Assembly (NCBI GenBank): GCA_028534125.1 | Contig: CM052817.1 | Location: forward strand, 85,376,001-85,440,000 | DNA length: 64,000 bases | Source of the DNA: Lama glama | Taxonomy: Eukaryota | Direction of reading: 5' to 3' | In this document: piece by piece, positions 26,532 to 40,500 of the stretch | Layout of the letters: the number at the start of each line of letters is the position of its first letter | Position numbering within the stretch: the first letter of the stretch is position 1 | The notes under the pieces: generated by a model | Databases searched by the model: none | Seen by the model: the letters and a program-made list of their open reading frames with translations, nothing else | Told to the model about the DNA's origin: nothing | Translations under genes and position numbers: made by a program

Positions 26532-26740
26532 CAGCACTCTGCAGTACAGTAGGCTCCAGCCACAAGCCAGGTGTGGCTGGTTAAATTCAAATAGATTAAA
26601 ATGAAATCTAACCAAGAGTCAGTCCCTCAGTTTCACAAACTGCATTTCAAGTGCTGACTCTCTACGACTGGTTAGTGAACAACTTGGACAGTACAGATAG
26701 GACATTTCCATCACCACAGAGAGTTCTACTGGACAGTACT
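26532..26740. mobile_element. MER3-like hAT-Charlie DNA transposon
   Basis: cagcactctgcagtac...ccacaagccaggtgtggctgg...catttcaagtgct...ggacagtacagataggacatttccatcaccacagagagttctactggacagtactg; imperfect terminal inverted repeats. Confidence 0.75.
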
Positions 26741-27328
26741 GGTGTAACAGATAAGAGTTCTTGCTGTGCCACAGTAACTTGTTTCTGTGTTCTGTTTCTT
26801 ATTGGCCTGTTAGGTCTTTTGTAGGTCTGGTCATTGCCTACCATAGAGAGTTGTATAGATATAATACCAATGAATGTATCAAATCCATACATATTGTTTA
26901 AATTTTTTATGAGCAGCACATGCCTTTCTTTTCTTTGTTAAGTAGAAGGCAGTGTCATTCTACTACTAATCCAGAATAATAAAAACAGTAAAAGACTTAG
27001 GAGAATGGCAAAGGTTAGGAAGAGCCAGCCTGGGAAGTGAGATGACGATGACTCAAAAGCATTTAGAAAAAAGTTCTGAGTATCACAGAAGTTCAGATAG
27101 ATAGATATAGATCATTTATTTAGCATGAGTTGGCTCAATTTCTGATACAAAACACCATACTTTAAGGGTATTACACTTTATTTGGTATCAGCCTTCCTAC
27201 TCAAAGGTTTTTGCAAAAACAAATTCTGCTTATTATCCAGAATCTTACATTTGCAAGAACATTGAATTATGTTTATAAATGAGATTTAGCATAGAAAAAG
27301 CATTAGAGGATATTAAATATGCAGACTC

Positions 27329-27966
27329 TGATAGAACAAATAAGAGCCCCTCCAAAAATACTCACACTCTAATCCTACGATCCTGTAAATATGTTATATG
27401 ACAAAGGGAACTATGCATATGTAATTAATGTTACAGACTTAAAAATAAGGATTTATCATGGGTTATATGAGTGGGTCCATTCTAATCAATCAAGTCCTTA
27501 CAAACACATAAATGTCTACCATTGCAGTCAGAAGGGATACAACAGAAAAGTTAAGCAGGAGAAGACAGAGGGGGAGGTCAGAGAGAATAGAAGTGTGAGA
27601 AGGACTTGATGAACTGTTGTTGGCTTTGAAGAAAGAAAAAGGGAGCCGTGAGCCATGAATTGAGGTTGGCATCTAGAAGCTGAGAACAACCTGTGCCCAA
27701 CGTCCAGCAAGGAAGTAGACGCTTGGGTCCTACAGGCATATGAAATTGAACTCTGTCAACCACTTGAATAGGCTTGCAAGTGGATTCTCCCATGGAGCCT
27801 CCAGATAAGAGCCCAAGCTAGTCAACATCTTGATTTTAGCTCCATGAGACCATAAGCAGCATACCTAGACAAGCCTAGTGGACTTCCAGCTTACAGAATT
27901 GTGAGGTAATAACTGTGTCAAGCTGCTAAATTTAACTTCTGATGGCAACAAAAGAAAATTAATGCA
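27329..27966 (+). mobile_element. MaLR solo LTR (MLT1D/E-like)
   Basis: TG...CA ends; gagccatgaattgaggttggcatctagaagctgaga...aagtggattctcccatggagcctccagataagagcccaagc...acagaattgtgaggtaataac. Confidence 0.85.
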
Positions 27967-30749
27967 GATTTATATATGAAAGCATAGAATCCACTAATTT
28001 TGTTTCTCATGAGTCCCTTCAAGAATGGCAACTTCCCAGTTCATTAAAGAAGAGGAGGAAGAAGAGTGTGCAATTATTCTATCTTCATTTATTCACTTTC
28101 TTATTTGTAATTCCTTCATCTTCTGTGACCACTTTGTATTATTATCAAACTTGAAGGATTCAATTCTCTATTTCATCTCTTGTCCAAAAATAACCTTCTT
28201 CATAAAATTAGTGAACAAGTAAATTTTCCTAATATTTTACAAGGGGATTAGACTTTCCTACTATATGCATTTGAGTACATTTTGAATCATTTTTCTCTCT
28301 ACATGTGCCTGTCTGCCAGTCTGTCTCCCGCCACACTGCCAACCCCAATTCTCCTTCTTTGGCCTTTAGCATGCACCACTCATCTTCCCTGGTTCCAGAA
28401 CTTCCTGTTCTTATATCTTTCCACAGGTCTCTCCACCTCTTCTGCTTTCTAATTTAGAGGTATTCATCTGTTTCACTTTTTATTTTTAGAATAGCGTATT
28501 GTGAGAGATACTGAAGAGCTGAGAATTTTCCTTTGTGACCCTCATATGTCTTTGTCTCCACAGCTTTTTCTTCTCATCCTCTGTTGAATATGACTAACCC
28601 TTAACTGTTCCTCTCCACCTTGATAAAATTGAGATTGCCCCCAAATTGGCTGTAAATCCACAAACACACTTCTTCTATTCCCAAATCTTGCTTAATCCCT
28701 TGCTAGTAAAGCCCTGTAAACCATTTTGCCCTCCTTCTCCAAGTGAGGAGCACTCCTTGGGAGCCTTATCATGGCTGACATTAGTTTTGTCGAGATTTCT
28801 GTGTTCTGTATACATGGGTGCAAAGCAGACCCCACAGACTGCTGTTGCTTTAATGCCTCAGACAAATTGTGGACTGGAAACGAAAGTTATAAGGAACAGG
28901 CATGAGGCAAGGCCCTGTGTGACAGTGTCTGCATGAGGTTCCCCAGGGCCCATACAAATTGTGCTGACTTTGGTGGTGTATATAGATTGTGGCCATTGAC
29001 CTTGAAAACACTGAGTCCAAGACAAGTGGACATGCTGTTAATATGTTTGCTGCAGGTTCACATTGAGGGTAATTATTTTAGCAAAGTTTCATCTGTATGT
29101 ATGTTCCAGAGAGCAGGATTTCTATGCTATAACTACTTTCTTTATCTGCTTACTCATTTCCTTTATAATTCTGACTTTTTTTAGGCTCTTAAAAGAAATC
29201 TGTGGGAAATAACACAGCTGTTTACTTCCATAACAAATTGGCTTAGAATACAGCTTAGGTCAGATCTATACAACATTTCAGCATAGCCATCTGAACACTT
29301 TAATGATGTGGGATGCTTGTTGTATAATCAAATTAACTATGACAATTAATATTGAGAATTATGGACAAAATTGAAAGGGTATATAATAGTGTCTTCTGAC
29401 TTAGTGGCCAGATATAGATCTGACATTTATTGTAATGATTTCCTTACTGTGTTATGTACCTCTCAACTCTATCCTGCTGCATTTGACTTGATAATTCCAT
29501 TGCCTGTTATAAACGTAGAACTTATCATTCAAACTGGGACATTTTTTGACAATAAAAGGAGATGTTCTTCATACTTAGACTGAGCCATAAATCAAGATGA
29601 TACTAGGCACACCAGAGTGTATAGACACCTGACTGCTTATACATGCATTTAAGAATCATGATCAGAATCCTTTTTTGATTAGTTTAATAGGCAGACACTC
29701 CACGATTGATTTTAACAACTGAAAATTCAATGTCACTAATTGATATTAAAAATAGATTGCTGCTAGCATAGGATAAGTGTCATAAAGACAAATCATTGTG
29801 CAGTTGCAATATCAAAGGCTCATCTTGCAGTCAAAATATTATTGAAGGTTAGATGAACAGGTCAGTAGTGGTAGACCAAGCAAGATAGACCAAGCAGAGA
29901 CACTGGGGTTGAGTGAGAGTCTTTACCAGGCAATGGCGTTTCCTTTAAGTTAATGTAAGTTAAAATGTGGACATTAAGTATACAATAAACAGGTCTGGCA
30001 GACATTGTATATTTCCAAAAGAGGAAGACATATATGGATGACAATTGAGCATATCTGAACATCACAGACATCCAAACAACTGGACATATCTGATCATCAC
30101 TAAAGTCACATAAGTTTACATTTTAAATAATGTGAAAACTGCAGTCTTGACATTAATGGAGGACTAAAGATTAGAGTAGGTGGTGCCCACTCTTTTGTTT
30201 GCTCATCAAATCATAGCTGAAACATTTTTAATACTAACACAGGCATGATAGAGGACCTCTACTTTCCCCTTACCATCTGCCTTTACCCCTTTTTCTTTAT
30301 TTATTACTGTTTACCATCCCTGTCCCATAAATTTGAATACCTGGAAAAACCACAAATCATGTGAAAATTGTTCTAGGAAAAGAATGATCTGATGGTTGTT
30401 GAATTTTAAGCAAGGGGCAAAGCAGAAATGATACCCTACCTTGAGTTTTAAAGTTGAAAACTGCTGCTTAAACCAGTCCCACAAAGGCACAAACTCAACA
30501 TGACCGATCCTGTAAAAACCCGAAGTCAGCTTCCCTGGGGAGTCATCTGATTTTCAGGTGCTTACTAATGTACATAAGTTGAATAAATCCTTTAACCTTG
30601 ATTTGAACCACCTAAGTCATTTTCTATGCTTTAAAATGGAATGTTGACAAATTAGTTCATGTCTAAAGTTCAGCAGTCAAGAGAGTATTAACAATCATAT
30701 TGCAAAATGGCAGAAGCTACTCCAAATGTTAATCTTTAGAAGAGAAGAT

Positions 30750-30930
30750 ACTGAAAAAAAGTTGGTTGGTTCTATATTACTCTACAGAGTAAAAACAAAA
30801 ATGAGAAATGCTGTAAAGATAAGTGCTAGATTTTAAGACTCTGGATGTAGAAATTACTTCACAAAGCAGTAAACTTCTCATTTTTGTGAATGTTCAGAGA
30901 GAGGTTGGATGACCATCTTTCAAAAATAGT
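30750..30930 (+). mobile_element. L3/CR1 3' end relic
   Basis: gtaaacttctcatttttgtgaatgttcagagagaggttggatgaccatct resembles an L3 3' end. Confidence 0.45.
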
Positions 30931-31124
30931 ATTGAATTGCAGAGTTTCACCAGCAATTAGGAGAATGCCCTCCTCACCACAGTCAGCAACCTTTAGTCTA
31001 TTATCCTTGGCAGTTTAATAGGTGAATAAAAGCTTTGTTGAAAGAGAATAGGAGCAATGACATCCCAGTGGCAATGAGCACATCTAGTACCTAGATAAGA
31101 GTCTTAATTAAAATTTCAGACTGC

Positions 31125-33070
31125 CGACCAAGATGGCAACATAGCCCTTTGAATGTCTCTCCTCCTATGAGCTCACCAAATATACAGCTTCACATGAAGT
31201 AGTTTCCTCTGAGAGAAATCCACAAATAAGTTGAGTGATTCCTACACATCAGATGACTGAGAAAATACCCACATCGAAACACATAGGAAAGGTTGTGACA
31301 CACTTTTGCCAAAACTCCACCTCCAGCATAACACCATACAATCCGGAGGAAACCCCCAACTCACAGTTTCTCTCTCAGGAGCAAAGGGTTTGGACCTTAC
31401 ATCTAGAGCCCCAATTTTTAAAGGTGCCATCCAAGGGATGGCCCCTCAGATTGCCTAGCTCTGATAGCCGACACAGCTTGTGTTCACGAGTCCCACAGGA
31501 CTACAGTAAACACAGAAGCAGTTGTTAAGGGGCATAAAAGCACTTGCCCCAGCTTCAGTTCCCAGGGCTCAGCACAGAGGGAGCAGGCACTTAATCAGCA
31601 TGCATCTAAATACTGACTGCAACACTCCTCAGAGCTTCAAAGAGCTAGCCAGCGCTTCTTCTATCTTTTCTCTCCGGCTTGCTCCAACAATAAAACCAAG
31701 TTGTCAGTATCTCCTTGGAAGGAGCTTGTCCATCCACACATCTAGCATCCCAACTTTTACAACTGCCATCCAAGTGATAGGCCCCAAAACAGTTAGCATC
31801 AAGAAAGAGCTGGGTTTAAATTCATTCATGAGCCCCTCAGGACTATAGCAAACGAAGAAACATCTTTTAAATGAGTACAGAAGCACCTTCTCCCATCCCC
31901 AACACATCCAAGCTCAGTGCAGAGGAAGCAGGCAAAAATTCCCATGTCCCATGTTCTCCCTGGAAGGTGTTTGACCGCATACTTTCCCAGCTGCTGTCTG
32001 TCAGTCGAGCTTCTCATTAGCTCGCATTTAGGTGTTGACTGTGATCCTTCCCTTTGGGACACCGACAGGTCTTATGATGCACTCCATTAACAAAATGAAG
32101 GGTAACATTTATGTGATCACCTCTATAGGTGCCGGAAAGCATTAGACAAAATTCAAGATCCATGCATAATAAAAACTCAAATAATTGAGTAGAGAAGAAA
32201 TGTAACTCAACCTCAACGTAATAAAGGCCATATATGACAAATCCACAACTAACTTCATACTCATCCATGGAAAGCTCAAAATGTTTTCTCTAACCTGGAC
32301 TAAGACAAGTATACCCACTTTCTCCACTTTTATTCTACATAGAAAAGACATTCAAATTAGAAAGGAAAAAGTAAAATTGTCTCTTTAGATGACAAAATCT
32401 TACATGTAGAAAACACTGAAGCCTCCACCAAAATAAATGTTTGAATAAATGAATTCAGTAAAAGTGCAGGATGCAAAATCAATATACAAAAATCAGTTGC
32501 ATTTCTATATACTAACAGTGAATTATTGGGAAAAGGAATTAAGAAAACTATCCCATTTACAGTAGCATCAAAAAGAATAAAATGCTTAGGAATAACTTTA
32601 ACCAAGGAGGTAGAAGATCTGTACACTGATACTATATATATATATATATATGTATGTATATAAATACGTATATGGATGTGTGTGTGTGTTTATATATATA
32701 CACAAATGTATATATTGAAATGCTATTCAGCCTTAAAAAAAAAGGAATCACAAAATTTGCAAGAACATAGATGAAGCTGGAGAGCATTATGATAAGTGAA
32801 ATGAGCCAGACAGAGAAGGACAAATATTGCATAGTATCATTCTTGTGAAATCTTAAAAAAAAAAGTTCGATTAGAATGATGGTTACCAGGGGTAAGGAGA
32901 ATGGGAAGTGTGGAGAGTTTAATAAAAGGTTACTAACTTTCACCTATAAAATTAATAAAATCACAGGGTTTAATATATAATGTGATGACTGCTGTTGATA
33001 TTATTGTCTTGTATAATTTGAATTTGCTAAGAGATTAGATTTAAGTGTTCTCACCAAAAAAATAAGATAA
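31125..33070 (+). mobile_element. Internally deleted old L1: 5'UTR-like region, ORF2 RT fragment and 3'UTR
   Basis: caagatggcaac start motif; 32070-32630 matches L1 RT (IISIDAEKAFDKIQ-like, then IKYLGINLTKEV-like); (TA/TG)n; 32715-33070 L1MA-like 3'UTR ending tctcaccaaaaaaataa. Confidence 0.75.
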
Positions 33071-34312
33071 AATTTAACACAATACTTTTGTGTATGTATT
33101 AAACATTTACATGTTTATAATTTGGGGGAGGAGGATTCTGTTGAGGAAGTTGTTTTCATTTGCTATGTGCATCTCAGATATATTCATTCTCAGGGAATGA
33201 TTTATAGTAAATATTGCTTAAGAGGCAAAGCTAGGTGACAGTACAAGGCCTGATGCTGTGGAAGACTTTTATATTTCCTCCTGTGTATAAGAAATTAAAA
33301 AGTAAAAATCCTTTGGCACTGTGTAATATTAAAAAATTTTGTGATGTTATTTTTCTCAAGGGACAAGTGGATTAGAGTTCATTTGCCCAAAATCTCAATT
33401 CTGGGGTAACCGTTGCCTCTTATTTTCAGGCTAGGTGAGTTGAATGGTAGTTCATTTTTCATGGGCATTTTACTTGTAGATGCTGTTTCTGGGAATTTCT
33501 AGCTGTTTAAATACAGTTAAATCATGCACCCTTCCTGAGAATGCATAAATTTGGAATAATCGTTTACACTTACCTTTACAGAGAATTGTTGAAACTTTTT
33601 GTGAAATCTGAAGGTATATGCATACTCAAGGTAATTTTGTTGTAGTTTTCTCTTTTCAGTATAGTTGATGCCATTTCTTATTCTGCTAGGAACTTTTCCC
33701 ATCTATATATTTATTTTTCATATGTAAGAAGTTTGCAATAACATATTACTAAAACATCTTTCCTGACAGTGCAGAAATTCCGGCTTTTGGTCTTTACCAA
33801 GTGTGCTCTCAGGATCAATGTATGTTTAAGGCAGTGCTGCACCAGATAAACAGATAACTTTATTAACAGAACTGTCCTACAGTTTTGTCTCTAAAACACT
33901 TGAATCCCTTTTTAATCAGCAAAACAAAGTATCAACATTCAGTTATCTGTCATAGAATTCAGTGTTGGATTGACTTTGAATCATCACTTGCCAAAGATTT
34001 AATGGAGTCATGTGATATTTTGCTCATCCACACGATAACCACACATTTCTTTAGGCTTTATATTGACTGCAAACAGTGAGTAATGTGAAGGGACCCTTTA
34101 ATTTCAGTTCTGTGAGAAATGCTTTCATCATCACCACTCTCTAATACACTGCAAGTCAGATTGAAACCCGAGTCACTTCTGAGAAGAAAGTAGAAAGGAG
34201 AGGTAGTCTTTGCTTTACAATTATCTGATTAACTTCCAAAATGTCCTGTTGAGTTACATGTTGGTATGCCCATTTTACAAATAAGACAAACTTACACACA
34301 GCATATGGGCTC

Positions 34313-34555
34313 TGATGGGCGGAATGGCCCCCAAAGAGGCCCATGCCCTCGTCCTTGGAACCAGAATATGTTATGTTACATAGTAAAAGGGACTGTGCAC
34401 ATGTAATTAAGGTCACAGACCTTAAAATATGGAGATAATCCTGAATTATCCTGGTGGGCACAGTCTAATCATATGAACCCTAAAAAGCCAAAAAAAAAAA
34501 AGTCTCTTGAAGTGGAGAGAGGACAGATGAAACAAAGAGAAATCAGATTAGAAGC
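34313..34555 (+). mobile_element. MLT1D-like LTR 5' fragment
   Basis: tgatgggcggaatggcccccaaagaggcccatgccctc...gaatatgttatgttacatagtaaaagggactgtgcacatgtaattaaggt...atggagataatcctgaattatcctggtgggc. Confidence 0.8.
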
Positions 34556-34999
34556 CTGCATCACTATATCGTAAGGCACTCATATGGCCTTATTAATGAC
34601 ATTTAGCATATTCTCTACTTTTCTGAAATTATTAGTTTCCAAAATTTTATACTTATTTTCAAAATGAAAACGACTTAATGGAAAAGAGAACACCTTATTT
34701 GAGTCTTTGTGATCTATAGCATTAGCTAAATTTTCAGAATCAGTAGATGCAAATATTTGTTTAAAAAATGTTCTGCCCTCAGTTTTGCAAATATTTGTTA
34801 TACTCAGTTTGGTATAACAAATATTTATTTTAATATCCTAACCACATTTTTGCAATACATTATTTAAAAATATCATTATGAAAATCATGTATCAAAAATA
34901 TCATATATATATATATATATAAAATCTCTTTCTATATATATGTATGTATAGATATATAGAAAATAATAGAGAGAGGTGAGGAGGGAGAGACAGAGAGCA

Positions 35000-35420
35000 T
35001 TCTGGATCAGAGAAACAGTTTGTTACTTATAGAGTAGCATTTTGTGTCAGTTCCTCATTTCCAAATCCCCACAAGGTGAAATGAATGAGGATTATATTTC
35101 ATTTGCATATGCACTTGGTTTATATTACAGGATCAATCCCCAAATTATGAGCTTGTATAGGTGCTGCTGGCACATCTACCCTTTCTCTCCCCCACATCTC
35201 CAGAGAAAGGCTTAATTCCTCCTAATGTAAACAAAGACTTTCCAGGGAGGGAGGGGAATATTTTTATCCTTATTTATTCTACTAGAATGGAAGCAAATAT
35301 CTCTGGATTGATATCTTTAAACCTCTAGCTTCTCAGGCCTTTGCTATTCAAATATTTTTCTTGATTAGAAATCTTGGATCATGAAAATCATGAAAGATCA
35401 TAGAAAATTCTCTTTCAACA
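35000..35420 (-). mobile_element. Probable old LTR fragment (family uncertain)
   Basis: tcagagaaacagtttgttacttatagag... ending ctctttcaaca; general resemblance to ERVL/ERV1 LTRs only. Confidence 0.35.
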
Positions 35421-37219
35421 CATGGTCAAACAAAGCTAGTAAACATGCCCCATTATTGCTTGCAAAACTAATTAGATCACCTTATCTATTTTACATGTCC
35501 CCAAATTGTTTTTCTAGTTCAAATATTCTTCCAGATCTCCATGTCTAAGTTTAATATTTGCTTTAGATTTTTAGCATACTAATTTTATACATCTCAACCC
35601 CACTATAATATGATAACCAATATAAAAATTAATCACATGAAATATTCTGTGATTAGGAAAATATTTCAAAACTCAATTGCTAGGAGTTCTGAGGGCCCTC
35701 CTGCAGTATTCAAAACCACCTCAAGTCCAGGTCCACTTTGATCCTTTCTGGAAATAAAATCTACTCCAAGTAAAATATTGGCTGGAAAGTCTAGGAAGTG
35801 ATTCCAAGAATCTTCCAGGTGGTTGCATACCTGTTTTATTGTCATTGTTTGACTCTACAGGGCTAGGTGCAAACAGGGCTAATGACAAGCAGAATTATCT
35901 CTAGAATTTCTGAGGCAGTATTTTTTTTGTCCCTGAAGAAATCTCTCTCCCATTCCCAGAACTCTCAAATCTAAAAGAAGCTAAGAACTCAATCCACCTG
36001 TATCAATCAGAGTATCCAGACAAATATAAATTATTTTTAGAATAATTTTATACTATTTATTTTGACAAAATTTTACACTTTTTTAAAATATGATTTTTCT
36101 TTCATTAAGAAATAATGTATTTAAGATGGAAAAGTCAGAATATTTAGAGTCACTCAAAAGATTTGAACATAATCTCCTATCAGAGATAACACAGTATTTT
36201 TCTAGCATAAATTATTTCATGTGATTTACATATTTGAAATACAAGAGAGATCCAATTTAACATATACTCTACTTTTACTTAATATTCTAAATTATAATTT
36301 GTTTCACAAAAGGGTTGATAAAGCTTAAATTAATGCTCTATTTTATATATAGTTATAGCCTTCCTTTTTCTTCATACTGGTAATTTTGATAATTCAAATA
36401 TAATCTCCCCATTTATCAGTCTTTTACTTCCTTAATAATAAGTGTTAGAAGTAGCCATCTTGCTAAAACTTAGCATATTTTTTATTTTATAATTTTAAGT
36501 AGAGCTTGATTATTAACAATAAATTTAAACATATATCATCTCCCAGACGTAGTCTGTTGCATGGTTAGAATGTATGTTTAAATAGTGATGCACTGTCACT
36601 ACATGAAGGTTGCAGTTTATAATAATCACACAAAAGCCAATAATGTATAAAAGTTATTTTCATTTATTCTATTAGATGAACAATCAAACTTTAACATAAA
36701 TTTTGAAAAAAAAATAGGTTTTTCTTTTTTAGAAAAAGTACACCTAGGGACAATACAGATGAATGAGAATTTAAATACCAATTAACTTTTGATATAATGC
36801 TCCATTATAAAAAGCTTTATAACACTGTCCTCTGCCATCCCCGAAATGAAGTTATATTAAAAATGCTGATGCAGAACGGTTTTTCGAAAATGTTGATGGA
36901 CTGCTGTCATAATGCAAGAGATTCCCCAGTGGTGTTTAACTCAGTAAAATGACTGAAACCTCCCCCCCAGCCTGCAAAGATGGTATCTCCTCAGTGGGTG
37001 CCCTTTCACCCCGCCTTGAGATCTGAGACTCCTTCTGTCAAGCAACAAATGGCAGGAACATACACTTGGCTGTTGTACGTCATGCAAGTGACAGCAAATA
37101 TCTCACCACCTGTTGTTTTGATTGCTTTTTCTATTGTAGAATGCAGCACTTGAGAATGCAATAGAAAGACTCTCCTACATTTAGAATGTATTAACTTTCT
37201 GTAATATGAAAATTAATAC

Positions 37220-37289
37220 ATGTATATTCATGTATGACTAAAGAATTGTGCTTTACACCAGAAATTGACACAACATTGTAAACTGACTA
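37220..37289 (+). mobile_element. Very short L1 3' terminus (camelid-type family)
   Basis: catgtatattcatgtatgactaaagaattgtgctttacaccagaaattgacacaacattgtaaactgactatacctcaattaaaaaaa aligns with 15117-15200. Confidence 0.85.
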
Positions 37290-37598
37290 TACCTCAATTA
37301 AAAAAATAAATTTCTAGAGTTATTAATCTACTGGAAGTTCTCTACACAGGATCTAGTCCCTAGTTTACACTCTCCTCATGGATAAAGTTCATATAAAAGA
37401 AGGAAAGATGGTCAGAGCTGACAGAAGAGAAAGAGGATCTCAGTCTGGAAAATCCACCTGATCCCCGCCCCAAACATTGTTCTGAATAGCTTCCTTGTGC
37501 AAATTCAGAATATCTGGAATATGTGATCATTTTGTAATGTAAATGTATAGGTTTAATGCTAACTTATTTCATAAAATATTGAGTTAACAAATTATTGT

Positions 37599-40500
37599 TG
37601 TCTTGGGTCATGTTTCCCAGAATTATATCCTGAGACAAAGATTCCTATGTAAGTGACTTGCGGAGGAAGTCCTTCTAGTGAAAACTATAAAGGAGTATAG
37701 GACACAGAGTAGGCCAGTTGAAACAAGAGTAGTATATTAGTTAACATTTGCTGTGAAACAAACCATACTGAGTCCACTAATTTAAAACAAAAATCATGCA
37801 TTGCCCCATAATTTGGGCCTTGGAAATTTGTGCTGGATTCAGCCAAGTGGTTGTTTTGTTGGTCTCCATCAGCTGGCAGGTTAGCTGTGGTCTGACTGGA
37901 CTATGATGGCCTTACTCGTATGTATGACAGTTGGTCCTGACTCTTGAGTAAGGCACTTTGGCCATGTATCTCCAGCAGACTAGTCCAGCTTTATTTACAT
38001 GGCAGTGTTTGAAAGGTCCTCATGAGGAACAAGTGAGTACAGCTTCAGAGCACAAGTACTTTCATATCTGCTAATGTACCATTGGTCAAAGCAAGTTACA
38101 TAGCCAAACCAGAGTCGATGTATGTAAGGATTATCCAAGGGCATGAATACAGGGAGAAGTAAGTCACTGTAAATCATTATTGCTGCAATCTACCACAGGT
38201 AAAATCACAAGCAAAGAGCACAAAGCTGAAGAGAAACCTTGGAGTAAGATCAGAATTGTCCTATCCTGATGCAAGGGAACAGGCTTTCAGTGTTCTGTAC
38301 TGGTTAAGTGTTGGCTCAGGGGGCCCAGGTCCTTGTTGTTGTCTCCTAATACTGGCAAAGTGGGTCCTCAGGTGCTGGTTCTTCTAAGTGAAAGTACACA
38401 TGAGATACAGAGGATACAGCAGGGGTTATCAGAGGGGACAGGGGACACAGGGAGGTAAAAGCTATTTGCCAGAATGTGGACCGAGCATCAACATTGTCTG
38501 CTACAGTATCCCCTTTCATTGCTCAGACTCAGTAATGTTGATTTGTTCAAGAATTAGTGAACAAAGGGTATTCAGAATGGTGATTTTCTGGGGAAGAATA
38601 CAAAAGAATGATTCCCACAAATGGTCCTTAGCATGACATGTTCAGCATCTCTTTTCACTACAACCTAGTCTAGATCACCCTTTCCCTAAGCTAGCCCTTC
38701 TACAGGTCTAGATGACTTGTCTGGTGGCATGACCTAGACCTTCATAGTTCTAAGGATCTGAGCTCCTGACTATCTTTTTTTAAGTCAGGCTGTGGTTGTT
38801 GTAATTGCTCATTCATAGTTAAAACTGGGCATGCCAATATTGATAGAGGTCTCTGAATTACATAGATATCTCGGTCTTCTCCCAATATGTAGCATCAAAC
38901 TTATGTCCTCATAAGGATCAGCATCAGTTATTCCTGCCAGTATGGTAATTTCTTTCTTTGCTTACTGATTTCTGCAGGTTTGGGACACAACATGATAAGG
39001 TGGTAGCTGTAGCTTTTGGGTTACTGGGACTTTTATAGCATCTCCCTCTGGGAACCAAGATCTCTAGACCTAAAGGACCATAGATGTGAAAATCAGTAGC
39101 AAAAATTCCTCACATAGGTCACTCAAAGTGATGATGAGTAGGACCACTCTTTCTTATATTCCTTGGTTCCCAGGCTTATATGGTCCACCTATCATTGACA
39201 CAGGCCTTATGGTGGTTGGTTCAGGGTACGTGCCACATCTTGAAGGACAGAATCTCATTCACATACAGAATTGTCTCCAAGCTGCCTTAGCTACACTTTC
39301 AGCAGCCTGTTTCAGAACTCTAAGAAATTGCGTCTCCTAGTGATAATGTTTATGGTAGTACCAGGGGATCCCATAGTAATGTGCCCATTATCTTAAATTG
39401 GTCCCTCTTATCCAAACAAAGCTTTATATAGGATCTCTTGTTGGTCAATCAGACAGTCTGTGGGCTCACAGACATTGATGTACCCAGGGCAGTGTCAGCA
39501 AAATCATTCTTAAATTCCTTAGGAAAACCCTGATCCCTTAAGCACTGCTGAGATCCTTGTAGAAGGTTTTTTACCAGCCACTTCGGACTGGTTGCAGGTC
39601 TTAGTAATTAAGTCTGTCTTATTTTTGACTTTAAATACTGCTTCCTGGTTTCTGCATGTTTGGCATCCTATCATATGTTTTGACACTAAGGAGCCCAGTT
39701 GTATAACCACATCTCTTATGGTCAGCACCAGACTGAAAAATAACAGCTACTACTAGGCTTCTAGATTGTATTCCTTATCATTGTTGAAAAGTGTCCTCTG
39801 GCTCTCTCAAGGATCATAATCATCAGAGGAGGGAATAGTGGATTGGAATCTTATATAATAGATTTACTCTGTCAAGCTCACTTCTGTGTGTCTTGGGAAT
39901 CTCTTCTCAACATTCTGCCAGAGGGAATCTGACATCTTTATTTTATTTAATATGAACCATAATTTTTTCATTCACAGAGCCATTATTGGAGCATATTAGA
40001 AACTGGCTGTTAAATCCGAAATCCTGGGAAAACTTCCCATATCAAAAACCCCCCAAATCCTCCACTGTTTAGCTTCAAGTTCTGCTCCTACTGGACTGGG
40101 TCTCTCAAGATCTATCCCAGGCATGATTCCTCAGTTCCAACTGAGACATAATAGCTTTGTCCTGCAGCTTCTTTGGTGATTGATATTTTTTGGCTCTTAA
40201 CAGGAGCAACTTCCCTTCAATTGAGCCATGCTGAGACTTATAGAGGAGGGCATTGTTACCTTCTAGAAAGGGAGAAACAAGCCAATTCTGTAGGCTCAGA
40301 ATATTGTGAAAGTTTTAGGGATCCAATATTCTTAAGAACTCCCGCCAAATACCCCCATCCCAAGTGTCAGGAGGTTTGGGCAGCAAAGTCAATCCTTTCT
40401 GAGTTTCTTCTACCTTAGTGTTAGTCCTTGGCTCATCTACAGAATAATCTTCCCTTAGGCTATATGAGATGAGGATCTCTTTCTATGAAGGTGTTCTAAC

